From the NCBI RefSeq assembly GCF_009914755.1, contig NC_060925.1: 64,000 nt of DNA; one strand, given 5' to 3'. Numbering within the stretch: the stretch's first letter is position 1; the number at the start of each line of letters is the position of its first letter. The DNA is from the human T2T-CHM13v2.0 reference genome, Homo sapiens. Both the position numbers and the translations under genes were made by a program. Below, one piece after another: positions 18,852-30,970 of the stretch. The notes under the pieces are model-generated. The model did no database searches and had not been told where the DNA came from. It was given only the letters and a program-made list of their open reading frames with translations.

Positions 18852-19435
18852 CAAGACCTAATTATTCAGAATGCACAGTAGGCACAGTGCCTAGGGCCCA
18901 CAAAGCTTTTAATTTCTTTTAAAATCAGAAGAAGAAGAAAATTGGCTAATGGGTACAAAAATACAGTTAAATAGAAGGAATTAGTTCTAGTGTTAAATAG
19001 CCTAGTAGGGTGACTATAGTTATTAATAATTTCTTGTATATTTCAAAATAGCTAGAGGAGAGGATTTGGAATGTGCGCAACACAAAAAAATGATAAATAC
19101 TTGAGGTGATGGATATTGTAGTTATCCTGATTTAATCATTATACATTGTATGCATGTATCAAAATATCATGTGTGCCCCATAAATATGTAAAATTATTAT
19201 GCATCAATAAAAACACACAAAAATCTCAAAAGCAGCAAAAAATTGTGACATCATATACAGGGGAACAACAATTTAAAAAAAGAAAAAAATAAATGTTTAG
19301 GTCAAAAAGTGTAATATACAATATTAATAATCTTTATATGAACACGTTAAATATAATTTAAGATATTTTCTATGGAGGAAGCAGCCCACGAAAGCCAATG
19401 GTCCTAGGGTCCAGGACCATCATAGTGCAGCCCTG
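18852..19435. mobile_element. hAT-Tip100 MITE (ORSL-like) split by an L1MA insertion
   Basis: gcacagtaggcacagtgcctagggcccac...aaaatcagaagaa, then the insert, then ...tatggaggaagcagcccacgaaag...gcagccctg. Confidence 0.6.
18941..19213 (+). mobile_element. L1MA 3' end
   Basis: ttggctaatgggtacaaaaatacagtta...gaggtgatggatat...ccccataaatatgta...catcaataaaaa. Confidence 0.85.
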
Positions 19436-22409
19436 AGCAGCCAGATTTGTTTGCAAGTCTTTTTAAATGCTTAGGGACACAGAAACTAAAGGGTTATACT
19501 TATTTTGCCCTTTGGTGAAGCCAGCCCAAAGCCAACTTCCTAGGCCACCAGCCTCTGGGTTTGTGACACCTGCCATTTAGAAGTAGCATCATGCACTTGT
19601 GGACTTCAGAAAGGTTTCTCTCCTGGCTCCATGTGAGGGCTTTTGGCCCAGCAGCCTCATTCCAAGGCTATTGGAAACTGGCAACTTGCTGGTAGTGGTG
19701 ATCCCTGGACGCCCTGATTTAGATATTATAGAGAGACCAGAGTTATGACTGAACTACAAAACAAAAATCAAGACATGTCCTCTGCCATGGGATTTTCTCC
19801 CTCCATTTCCATGGATATAAATTTTAAAATTTATGTAATACAAATCTTAAAAGACATTGAATCATATAATTAACTAACGGCTCTATTACAATGATAAAAT
19901 GATATGAAAATTAATACCAAAACTGGCAAGTAGAGCCTATCTCATAATCCAATGTTTGAATATTTATTACCTAAGTGGCCCAGAAGGTCTAGGACCCTGA
20001 CACACAGTAGGTATCAATCTTCTTTCCTTGTGAGAGCAGTGCCAGATATTGTACAGAGAGCCCTGTTTCTCTTCCCTATGTTTTATCAAGGAGCGCATTT
20101 AACCTTTTCCAATAACAATGACAACCATTTTTGGGTTCCTATTATATGTCATACCCTTTTCATATATTCAAACTTGACCATCACAAAAACTCTGCAGGGT
20201 AAATATTAAAATTCTCATTCATAGACCAGAAAAATTGCTTAATTTGTCAATGACATGGAACTAGAAGTGCTGCAGCAACTTCTAATTCTGCTCGCCTGAC
20301 TGGAAGGGCCTTGGATCTCAGATGTTTATCAGTAGCTGCAAATCACTGGGATATTCTGAATTCAGAATGGAAATGAGCATTCCAGAGAGAGGAGGCATGA
20401 GTTTTGACTGTGGTTCTCCTGCTGTCCCCTCACTGAGAAGGCCGATCAAAGCCCTCTCCTTTACAAATGGCTTCCTCAGGCCTTCTGCAACTTTTTTCTC
20501 AGGTCAAGTCCATCCTAGCCTCCAAGGTTTGGTTCCTATGGCTTTCCTGCCTCAAGTGCCCTTTCCAGGCCTCTCTCTTTAGCTTCTGAGTCCAGCTCAA
20601 ACCTCCACCACTTCCCAGACAGTCTTCCATGATGACCCCAGCCCACACTGGCTTTTCCCTTTTCCACATCCTTGCTATACTTTTGGTGGTGGAAGACTAT
20701 GCTTTGTATCATGCCGGAAGGAAGATCAAATCCATGTCCTCTGAGGTTCCAGTTCTCAGACACAGATTCACACAGAGAGTGAGATCCAAACAAATTTCTG
20801 ATTGTCATTCTCCCATTTTTGACACCTGAACTGAAGCCAGGTTTCCACCCCTGAAGAGGCCTATAGATATTTATCAGCCGATAGTCCCACCATCCTGAGA
20901 AACAATGCAGCTGTTCTTAGAGATCTTGTTTCCTTTTTTCTCTCTAGGTTTCAAGGACGTAGAAGAGCTCCTTTTGAAAACTATGTTGCAGCCTGGAGGA
21001 GAAAGGTGGTACACTTGGTATAGGCCGGTTGGTCCCCTGAACTTCTCCTAGAGACTCTTCCTGGCAGAGCCTGAATGTAAGGAAACTGTCAGCCATCAAA
21101 AAAGGCAGTGAAGTCAATTAAAAATCAAGTGTAAACTCATGCCTTCTCTGGTTCTTCTCATGCATGCTATTTACATCTTACCACCTGCACTGTAAACTCC
21201 AAGTGGGCAGGGATGGGCCCTACATTTGTTCGGTGTCACAGGCTGCCTCTCTTTCACTTCTCTGTGTTCAATATGTATTTAGTATTTTATTCAATGAATG
21301 GAAAGATGAAATTATTTTTATATTTTCTGTAGTACGAACTCAGGAGTATACCTTCTCCTAGGTCTGAAAAGCAGACAGACAAAATGTGGCTTAAATAATA
21401 AAACCTATTCCTAGCTGGTCTAGTCGCGCTAATCCAGAGATGAGCACCCATTGGAGGCTAAGAAGGTTGGCCACACGGCATTCCTTTGCGCACCTTTGGA
21501 TTGCTGCCTCCTTGAGCCCGCAAATCTCTGCTCTGCGATAATCCTACTCTCTTTATTGGAGCTGATGGCAACTCTAAGAAAAAAATGGTTAACACTCCTG
21601 AAGATTAAATTCTCTCACGAAGAAAAAATACTCTGGGTGCTAATAACGTGAAAAAAAAGCAGAGGACATTCTCAGAAATGTTCCCACCTGTTCCCAACCA
21701 GGCTGTCTGTTTTTATATGCTTTCAGTCCTCTCCTTCTGATCATTAATGAGGTTATTAAGATGGACTGATCTCCTCCTGTTCAGGCCTGCATGGAGACTT
21801 TGCTACCTTGCAGTAATTTCTGTTCCGTGGAGCCCCAAATAAGCTTAGGGCACATAGCAAATTAGATTTCAGGAGACAATGGATCTTAGAAGCAACAAAA
21901 TCCAAATAAATGATATTTACTGCCCTTGAGAAAGGACACTGCATTCTTCCTCATATGTAGCTGTGCTTCCTTCAATCTATTTCAGGGTGGCTTAGTGCAG
22001 GGGGAGGGATAAAAAATGGGGTAGGCACCCTTCTATTTAAGGGTGGGGCAGCTTGCTGCGCCATCTCTCAGTTACTGAGTTGGTAATTGGCTGGCCACAG
22101 GCCTCAGACTTCCCATTTTTCCTTATACCCTCCTGCTCTTCTAGGTCACGTCTCCTCATTTCTGTAGCTCCTTGGTGTCAGTAGTCAATGACATTGTATT
22201 ACAGTCAGAACAGAATGGGCTTAATTTACAGACCCACAGAGCTGACCAACTGGCACATCTCAAGCCTATACAGAACAAAATTTTAAATCCTTAAGAATCA
22301 GAGATTCTTGAATTGTGGTGGTTGGGGAGGGGTATGGTGGGTAAACAGTTCTGAGCCAACCTGCTTAGAACTCAAATCCCACAGTCAGCTCTCATATAAT
22401 TTTCCCTCT

Positions 22410-23970
22410 TTTAAATATTTAGTCATTTATTTTTGAGTAAATAATATATGAGCATGGTACAAAGGTAAGAATGTTCAAAAAGGCTGATGGTAAATGGTAG
22501 GACGGTCTCTCATTCTTGCACTTGCCACTTGGTTTCTTTCTCCAAAGGCAATTGCTAGTATAAGGTTCTTGTGTGTCCTGATACTCATGTACACTATGCA
22601 CATGCAAAAACATGTGTATATGTTTGTTATTGCTTAAAAAACCAAATGTTGGAAATCTGAACTAACTCTTTCACACTCTGGTATTTTTAGTTTAACAATA
22701 TATGTGTTGTGTCTTGGAAATTAGTTCATATCAATTCATATTGAGCTGTCTCATTCTTTTTTTAATGGTCATATACAGTAGTATTCAATTATAAGAATAT
22801 ATCCTAATACTTTTTAAAAATTTCTCATTGATAGTTCTTTACATAGCTTCCAAAGGATTGTTTTTACAAACAAAGCTTTAATGAATAAGGTGTACATCAT
22901 TGACATGTTTGCTGTCATATATGCAGAATAAAGTACCAAAAGTAAAAATTGCTGAGTCAAAGGATCTATGTCTTTATAATTTTGATAGATATTGCCAGGT
23001 TGCTTTTAATACAGATTTTACCAATTTACATTACCACCAGCTATGCAAGATGAATGTCTGTCTCTCTACATTGTTGCCAACATGTTTCAAAATATTTTGA
23101 TCTTATATTGTCTAATTGATTTAAAAAGAGATAACAGATTTAATTTTCATTTGTTTTATGAATGAGGTCAAGCATCCTTTTATTTTTAAGAGACACTTGT
23201 AATTCACTTTCTGTTTATGTTCTTCATTCTTTTTAAAAACTGGGTTATTGACTTTTTGTGATTGTAGGAGCTCCACAGATACTGGCCTTCTATCTGTGAT
23301 TTTAATTGGACTTTTATTTTTTAACCAGTTTGTCAATCGCTTCTGACTTTTTAAGTGATATTTTCCCCCAGTATTTAAAAAAAAATTATGTGGAATTTGT
23401 CAATCTGCTAAAAAATGTCTTCTCGCTTTTTTTCCCCCTTAGGAAAGATTTTTCTACTTCATTCTGTCTTTTAAATTTTAGTCGATGGCTTGGATATCAT
23501 TTAGTTTTATTATTATTCTGTTCCAAATTATTAATTTCTGCTTTCATTTATAATGTTTTCTTTCTTACGCTTTATAGTTCTTTCTTTACCTTCTGGAGTT
23601 GCTTTATTTTTATTCTTTCATATTTATTAATGCAAGTTTATTTTATGTTATTAAAATATTATATAAGCATTTTTTATTATTATAATTACACATTTTCTTT
23701 TGAACACGTCACATAGATTTTGACAACGCTTTGATCATTGTTATTTTGTTGGTAAAATATGCTTTCACTTTCTCTCTTTGAACTAAGCGTTGCATAAGAA
23801 AAAGACTTTTCTTCTAATCTTGCTAATAGATTTCTAGTTTTATCACATTGTAATTTGAGGATGTTGACTGTACTGTTCACATTTTGGAACATATTGAGAC
23901 TTTCTTTGGCCCTAATTGTCAACATTTGTAAATACTTCTTGAGTTTCTAGGGATGTTGAAAAACTATAGT
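22410..23970 (-). mobile_element. Very old L1 (L1ME/HAL1-like) fragments
   Basis: aattgctgagtcaaagg...ttttgatagatattgcc...ccaatttacatt...ccagc within T-rich decayed L1-like sequence. Similar sequence continues between later insertions up to ~29221. Confidence 0.55.
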
Positions 23971-24310
23971 CTCAGTGTGTCCAGAATTGGGTTCTTGGTC
24001 TCACTGACTTCAAGAATGAAGCTGTGGACGCGCCCAGTGAGTGTTACAGTTCTTAGAGGTGGCGTGTCTGGAGTTTGTTCCTTCTGATGTTTGGATGTGT
24101 TCGGAGTTTCTTCCTTCTGGTGGGTTCGTGGTGTCACTGGCTCAGGAGTGAAGCTGCAGACCTTCGCCATGAGTGTTACAGCTCATAAAAGCAGTGTGGA
24201 CCCAAAGAGTGAGTAGTAGCAACATTTATTGCAAACAGCTAAACAACAAAGCTTCCACACCGTGGATGGGGACACCAGCGAGTTGCCACTGCTGGCTTGG
24301 GCAGCCTTCT

Positions 24311-24800
24311 TTTATTGCCTTATCTGGCCCCACCCACATCCTGCTGATTGGTCCATTTTACAGAGAGCTGACTGGTCCGTTTTGACAAGGTGCTGATTGG
24401 TGCGTTTACAATCCCTGAGCTAGACACAAAAGTTCTCCACGTCCCCACTAGATTAGCTAGATACAGAGTGTGGACACAAAGGTTCTCTAAGTCCCGACCA
24501 GAGTAGCTAAGATACAGGGCGTCGATTGGTGCATTCACAAACCCTGAGCTAGACACAGGGTGCTGATTGGTGTGTTTACAAACCTTGAGCTAGATACAGA
24601 GTTCGGACTGGTGCATTTACAATCCCTCAGCTAGACATAAAGGTTCTCCAAGCCTCCACCAGAGTAGCTAGATACAGAGTGTCCATTGGTGCATTCACAA
24701 ACCCTGAGCTAGACACAGGGTGCTGATTGTTGTGTTTACAAACCTTGTGCTAGATACAGAGTGCCGATTGGTGTATTTACAATCCCTTAGCTAGACATAA
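24311..24800 (-). promoter_or_regulatory. LTR12C enhancer/promoter array: six CCAAT (NF-Y) boxes, GATA motifs and a TATA-like AATAAA
   Basis: attgg at 24347, 24396, 24525, 24566, 24685 and 24767; tttatt at 24311-24316. ERV-9 LTRs are established NF-Y/GATA-dependent promoters. Activity at this copy is not shown. Confidence 0.7.
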
Positions 24801-25010
24801 AGATTCTCCAAGTCCCCACCAGACTCAGAAGCCCAGCTGGCTTCACCCAGTGGATCCTGCACCAGGGCCGCAGGTGGAGCTGCCTGCCAGTCCTGCGCCG
24901 TGCACCCACACTCCTCAGCCCTTGGGCAGTGGATGGGACTGGGTGCCCTGGAGCAGGGAGCGTTGGGCTCGTTGGGGAGGCTTGGGCCCCACAGGAGCCC
25001 ACCACCGCTC

Positions 25011-25230
25011 GGGGGTGGGGGGTGGGGGGAGGGAGCGGGAGGCGGGGGTGGCGGGGGAGAGTGGGGGCAGGGAGCAAGGTGGCACGGGGGTGGGGGAATG
25101 GGGGCGTGGCCGGGAGGCGGGGAGGGCGGGGGCGCGTGGGGGGGGCGGGGGCGCGTGGGGGGAGTGGCGGTGAGGGGGGGTCGGCGGCATGGGGAGTGGG
25201 GAGCAGGGGGAGCAGGGGGAGCAGGGGGAG
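25011..25230 (+). repeat. G-rich low-complexity block (G-quadruplex potential)
   Basis: More than 20 runs of at least 3 G; (GGGGGAGCA)x3; ggcgggggcgcgtggggg x2. Confidence 0.9.
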
Positions 25231-25716
25231 GCTCAGGCATGGCTGGCTGCAGGTCTCGAGCCCTGCCCTGCGGGGAGGCATCTAAGGCCCGGTGAGAAAT
25301 CGAGCACAGCAGCTGCTGGCCAAGGTGCTAAGCCCCTCACTGCCCGGGGCTTGCAGGCCAGCCGGCCCCTCCGAGTGCGGGGCCGCTGAGCCCACGCCCA
25401 CCTGCAACTCGGGCTGGCCCACAAGCACTGCGTGCAGCCCCGGTTCCCGCTGGCGCCTCTCCACTGACACCTCCCCGCAAGCTGAGGGAGCCGGCTCCAG
25501 CCTGGGCCAGCCCAGGAAGGGGCTCCCACAGTGCAGCTGGGGGCTGAAGGGCTCCTCAAGCGTGGCCAGAGTGGGCGCCAAGGCCGAGGAGGCGCCGAGA
25601 GCGAGCGAGGGCCGTGAGGGCTGCCAGCACGCTGTCACCTCTCATCAGTTTTCATGGAGTAGAGTTATGTTTTAGAATTATGTATTATATTTGAGTTTAA
25701 CATTTGATAGATTATG

Positions 25717-25760
<44 letters not shown>
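25717..25760. repeat. (GATA)11 STR
   Basis: Perfect tetranucleotide run. Confidence 0.97.
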
Positions 25761-25761
<1 letters not shown>

Positions 25762-26139
25762 TATTGGTCAGAGTTCCCCAGAGAAATAACCAATAGGATG
25801 TGTATACATATAATATAGAGAGAAAGATTTACTTTAAATAATTGGCTCATGTGATTGTGGAGGGTAGGCTTGTAGTCTGGAGACCCAGAGAAGAGTTGCA
25901 GTTGAGTCCAAAGGCAGTCTGCTGGCAGCATTTCTTCTTGTCTAGAAGAGGTCAGTCTTTTTCTCTGTTAAGGCCTTCATCTGGTTAGATAAGGCCCAGC
26001 CTCATTATGGATAAAGTCCACCAATTTAAATTCAATCTCATCCAAAAAACACCTTCAAAGCAATCTCCAGAATAATGTTTGGCCAAATATCTGGGTACCA
26101 TGGCCCAGCCAAGTTATCAGATAAAAATTAACCATAACA
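25761..26139 (-). mobile_element. MLT2 (ERVL) LTR
   Basis: gtattggtcagagttccccagagaaa...aattggctcatgtgattgtggag...ccaaatatctgggtaccatggcccagccaagtt...aattaaccataaca. Confidence 0.85.
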
Positions 26140-26667
26140 ACAATATGTATTATGTTATATAAAAACATTATATATATAGTATATGTATATTTTTAGAGCC
26201 GTAAATATTTTGTGCTGGTAATCATTTTTGTGTCTATAATTTTACATACTATACCAATCTTCTATTTCTACAGATAGTCTCTTGATTATCCTTAGTAAGC
26301 AAAGAACATCAGCATACTTTTTTCTCTCCTCACTCTTCCTCTTCTACACCATTCAATTTCCATTTGCTATGTAATTTTTCTTAGTGTTTAACTTCCTATT
26401 TTTCCAATATATTTATATATATATGGTTTGGTTTAGCAGCTTTGAATAGTGTATTTTTATAAGGAAATCAATACTTACATTATTTGCCACCATTCCTCTT
26501 CACTTACCCTCCTAAACTTTGTTAGTTATTTCTTATCTACATTGTAAAGATGCGTAACATTTCCTTGTGTTCTGTAACTATAACATCCGCAGCTGCTTTA
26601 GACTGTCTTAAAGTTGCGGATTCAATGCTCATTACTTTCCTTTTGCTGCAGTCTCCCTTAATTTCTT

Positions 26668-27174
26668 TCTTTTAAACACTTTTTTTTTTTTTTTTTTACA
26701 ATTTAAACCAGTTTATTATATAATGAGAGCTTGTTGGATTGTAGAAACAAAGTTAAACAAGTTGTGCCATATCAGAGTATAACATTGAACATATCAACTA
26801 CAGTGTAAACAAAATTTAATCTGAAAATGCAAACGTTTCAGATTATTAAAGCCACATCTGTTTTTTAAAGCACAATTTAGACTTTTTATCAAAAAGCTAT
26901 GTATATGGCCTAGATGCGGTGGCTCACGCCTATAATTCCAGCAATTTGGGAGACTGAGGCAGACGAATTGCTTGAGACCAGGTGTTTGAGACCAGCCTGG
27001 GCAACATGGCAAAACCTTGTCTCTACAAAAATACAAAAATTAGCTGGGCATGGTGGTGCAGCGATTTGGGAGATTGAGGTGGAAGAGTCAATTGAGCCTA
27101 TGTTGTCTAGGCTTCAGTGAGCCATAATCACACCACTGCACTCCAGCCTGGGCAACAGTATTCTTCTCCACTCT
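26668..27174 (-). pseudogene. 5'-truncated processed retrocopy of an unidentified transcript 3' end (orphan 3'UTR or transduction) carrying an antisense AluJ fragment
   Basis: 18 bp TSD agtctcccttaatttctt (26650-26667 / 27175-27192). Poly(T)18 at 26680-26697. tttatt (AATAAA on the - strand) at 26712-26717. About 210 bp of unique sequence. Confidence 0.85.
26907..27158 (+). mobile_element. AluJ-like, tail-less and internally deleted (passenger in the retrocopy)
   Basis: Diverged Alu (ttgcttgagaccagg...gcaacatggcaaaacc) ending at ggcaacag with no A tail. Confidence 0.85.
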
Positions 27175-27609
27175 AGTCTCCCTTAATTTCTTAATTGGAT
27201 CATAAAAGATTTTCCTGCTGTCTTATTACTGGTCACATCTTATCCTCAGGGACTTTGGAAGCACTTATAACTTAACTGTTTTTTGTTTGTTTGTTTGTTT
27301 TAATTCATTGCATTAGCCCAATTATCATTTAGCCTGCTCACCATTTAGCCAATTTTTAGTTTTTTCTCTCTTTAGGTGACCCAATATTTTTGCCTAGCTG
27401 GATAAAAAAAATTCTTCACTTTGGAGTCTAGTAATTTTACTGGATTTTTTTCTGCTATCGGTCATGGAACAGTTTGTCTTTCAATATGTACAGCCGAAAT
27501 TTGTTTAATTACTATAAAGATTTATTGAATTACATTTTAAAATGATGTTTTGGTCCTTTTATTTGAACTATATTCATTTGGGTCACATTATGCATGTGTA
27601 TATATATGT

Positions 27610-27903
<294 letters not shown>

Positions 27904-28157
27904 GATTTCATTTTTAAAAACTTCCACACTGTTTTGTTTGCTTTCTCTTAGTCCTTTGCTTCTTGTTCTTTGTTATGTTTCCAACAGAGTTTCTTTGCAT
28001 TTATGGTGCTATCAATTTGCTTTTCAGTTTTTTGATCATTTTCACGTTTTTTCCCCCACCTCATATTTCAACTTCCATTGTCTTGCCACTTCTTCCCTGA
28101 AGCCTTTAATCTCTGCCCTAAAGACTTGTTTTGAAGGAAATGGTTACTCCATTATTG

Positions 28158-28455
<298 letters not shown>

Positions 28456-29324
28456 TCATTATTATTTTTAAATTGTGACGTGGTTGTTAAAATTTTCACC
28501 TGCCCTGTTGCAACAGTTTTCTTATGCATGTGTTTTCAAGTTGTTTTGCTTTTCCTGTTGCTTTTACCCTTTCTTCTTATAATGCCTTTATTGGTCTTAT
28601 ATGTATTCCTTTAAGTTAATAATCACGTGTGAATTAGGTGAATTGTTTCTGGGTAAGCTATGTGCAGGAAATTTGTGTCTGGGAGGTGCCAGAGCCCTGT
28701 GCCAGCCCAGCAGGAATCTTCCTTATGATGGGATTTTGTAAGTGTGTGTTCCTCTCGTCTTCATTCCTCCCCAGCCAAACTAGATTGGCACAGCAGAATA
28801 TTCCCAATATAGAGTCTCTTTCTTTCTTCCTGTCATCCTGACAGACTGCTTCTTGCAAACATGGTTTGTTTGTGATTCTTCATTCAGCGCCACCTTCCTA
28901 GCTTTTCAAGACTTCATACCAAAAAGGGTCAATGGAAAATTTGATTTGCAAACTGTGGTTTTGTACCTTGGGGTATGCTCATGTTTTGAGAACTCCTGTC
29001 TGCTAGCTTTGTCTAATTTCTATAACCATGAGCATATTTTCCTGGCCCTTTATGCACCCCTGTGAGATTTTTCTATTATTTGTGAACTTTTTATATTGAG
29101 GTTCAGGATTACAGATGTATCCTATTTCATTAAACAGGAGAAATTTGCTTTCTTGTCTGATATTTCAAGGTTTCTCAAGAGAGGGGACCACCATTTCTGC
29201 CTCTGCATCAAACCAGAAGTCTGTTCTTCATACCATAGACTTGTATGAATTGGACTTCAGAAGGAGTGGCCCTAGTCAAACTCTGGGATCATCCCCAGTT
29301 ATCCTTGCCTTCTAATACTCATAT

Positions 29325-29839
29325 CTGTGGTATCCATCTTTTTGAGTGTGGCAAGGCCTATGACTTGGTTTCTACCAAGAGAACATGGCAAAGGTGATGG
29401 GATGCTATTTTCAGGATTATGTGACATAAAGCTGTCAAGTTTCATTTTAGAAGACCCTAGATGTATTTGTGGGAGCTAGAAGTGATGTAGTGAATGGCCA
29501 TGTGTCAAGGACCTGAGGATGGCTTCTAGCTAAAAATGATCTAGGAACTGAGGGTAGCCTCAGGCCAACAGTCGGTGAGAAACTGAGACCTTCATTCTGA
29601 TTTCTTGTAAGGATCTGAATCCTGCCAACAACCAAGTATACTTGGAAATGGGTCTTTTCCCAATCAAGCTTTCAGATGAGATCACAGCCCAGGAGTAAAT
29701 CTTAATTGCAGCCTTGCAGAGACTTAGCCAGTCTGTATCTGGATTCCTGACCCACAGAAACTATGAGATAATAAATGAGTGTTGTTTCAGCTGCCATGTT
29801 TGTGGTGATATCATCACACATCAGTAGATAACTAATATA
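29325..29839 (+). mobile_element. MLT1 (F/G-like) LTR
   Basis: atggcaaaggtgatggga...gaatcctgccaacaacca...ttcagatgagatcacagccc...ttcctgacccacagaaact...agataactaata. Confidence 0.8.
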
Positions 29840-30210
29840 TCGTGCTAGGGCTATGTTGGAAACTGACTGTAGCCAGCAGTTCTATAGGTTCTGGAAGGAC
29901 ACCACCATATCTGCCCTCATCAGGTTTATCTTTTAGTATTGAAGAATATGAAAATTTTGCAATTGAATATATGTGTGTTCAAATACCAAGCCCAGCTTGG
30001 GTTAGGTTGTTATCAGGTCAATTAGGAACTATGTGGCCTAGGATGAGTTGCTTAATCTATCTGGACTTCAAATCCCTCACTTTAAAAATATAAGTGTTAA
30101 GTGAACTCACATCCTAGTATTAAGACAGAGGCTTACACGAGATTAATAGAATGCTTTACATAGTCCTTGGCAGAAAGTAAATGTTCAATGAGAATCAGTC
30201 TTGCTGTTCA

Positions 30211-30390
<180 letters not shown>

Positions 30391-30719
30391 AAATGCTGTG
30401 AGGTGTTAGTTCCTGGTGACTGCAGACCCACCAGCAGATTCCAGGGTTTGATTTTTCTCAGGACTCTGGACTTGGAGTCAGAAGTCCTGTATTTAGATCC
30501 TCAAGTCATTCCATCTCTTGGAGTCTGTTTCTGTAACTCAAATTGATGGTGTTTGTACTGTTTATATCAGGAGGGCCCAGGGAAATAGACTTATCTCAAA
30601 TGTTTTGTGAGCATAAATAGGCTACTCAAATATACACATTATTACTGTTAATAAAAATACTACATTATAAAATGGTAATTAAAATCTTGAAAGGGGCCTT
30701 TACAATGGATACCCATGGC

Positions 30720-30970
30720 ATCTGTGGTTGAAAGCTTGGGCTCCAGAGCAGGATTGTCTGGGTTAAAACACCCCTCTGCCACTGATGGACTGTGAGGCTT
30801 TGGGAAGTTAGTTACCTATCTATGCCTCAGTTTCATCAACTGTAAAATGAGGGTGACAGTCACCACTCACTCCATAGGGTTGTTGTGAGCATCAGGTGTG
30901 ATGATGGATTTGAGCAATATGAATCCTAAATCTTAGAAAGAATGTCTACATTGTAAGTGTTCAGTACATA
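30720..30970 (+). mobile_element. MIR
   Basis: gtggttgaaagcttgggctccagagc...tgcctcagtttcatcaactgtaaaatgagg...cataggg ttgttgtgag. Confidence 0.75.

Larger units (their letters stand above)
23976..25644 (-). mobile_element. Solo LTR12C (HERV-9 LTR) with a G-rich internal expansion
   Basis: Ends tgtgtcc... and ...gctgtcacctctca match the LTR12 termini. 4 bp TSD tcag at 23972-23975 and 25645-25648. Typical gattgg/gctagatacagag tandem units and a CpG-rich U3. Confidence 0.95.

Noticed and set aside
24380-24830. Regularly spaced repeats superficially like a CRISPR array
   Set aside because: These are the known ERV-9 LTR tandem enhancer units in human DNA. There are no unique spacers or cas genes.
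24840-25644. CpG island suggesting a gene promoter
   Set aside because: It lies entirely within LTR12C, with no adjacent coding exon.
24787-25675. Overlapping long Pro/Gly/Arg-rich ORFs (up to 164 aa) on both strands
   Set aside because: They result from stop-poor GC-rich LTR12C sequence and the G-run block. No domain is recognisable.
26817-26846. Hairpin taatctgaaa...tttcagatta in the retrocopy
   Set aside because: A 10 bp AT-rich stem is too short to call a miRNA or structured RNA without the source gene.
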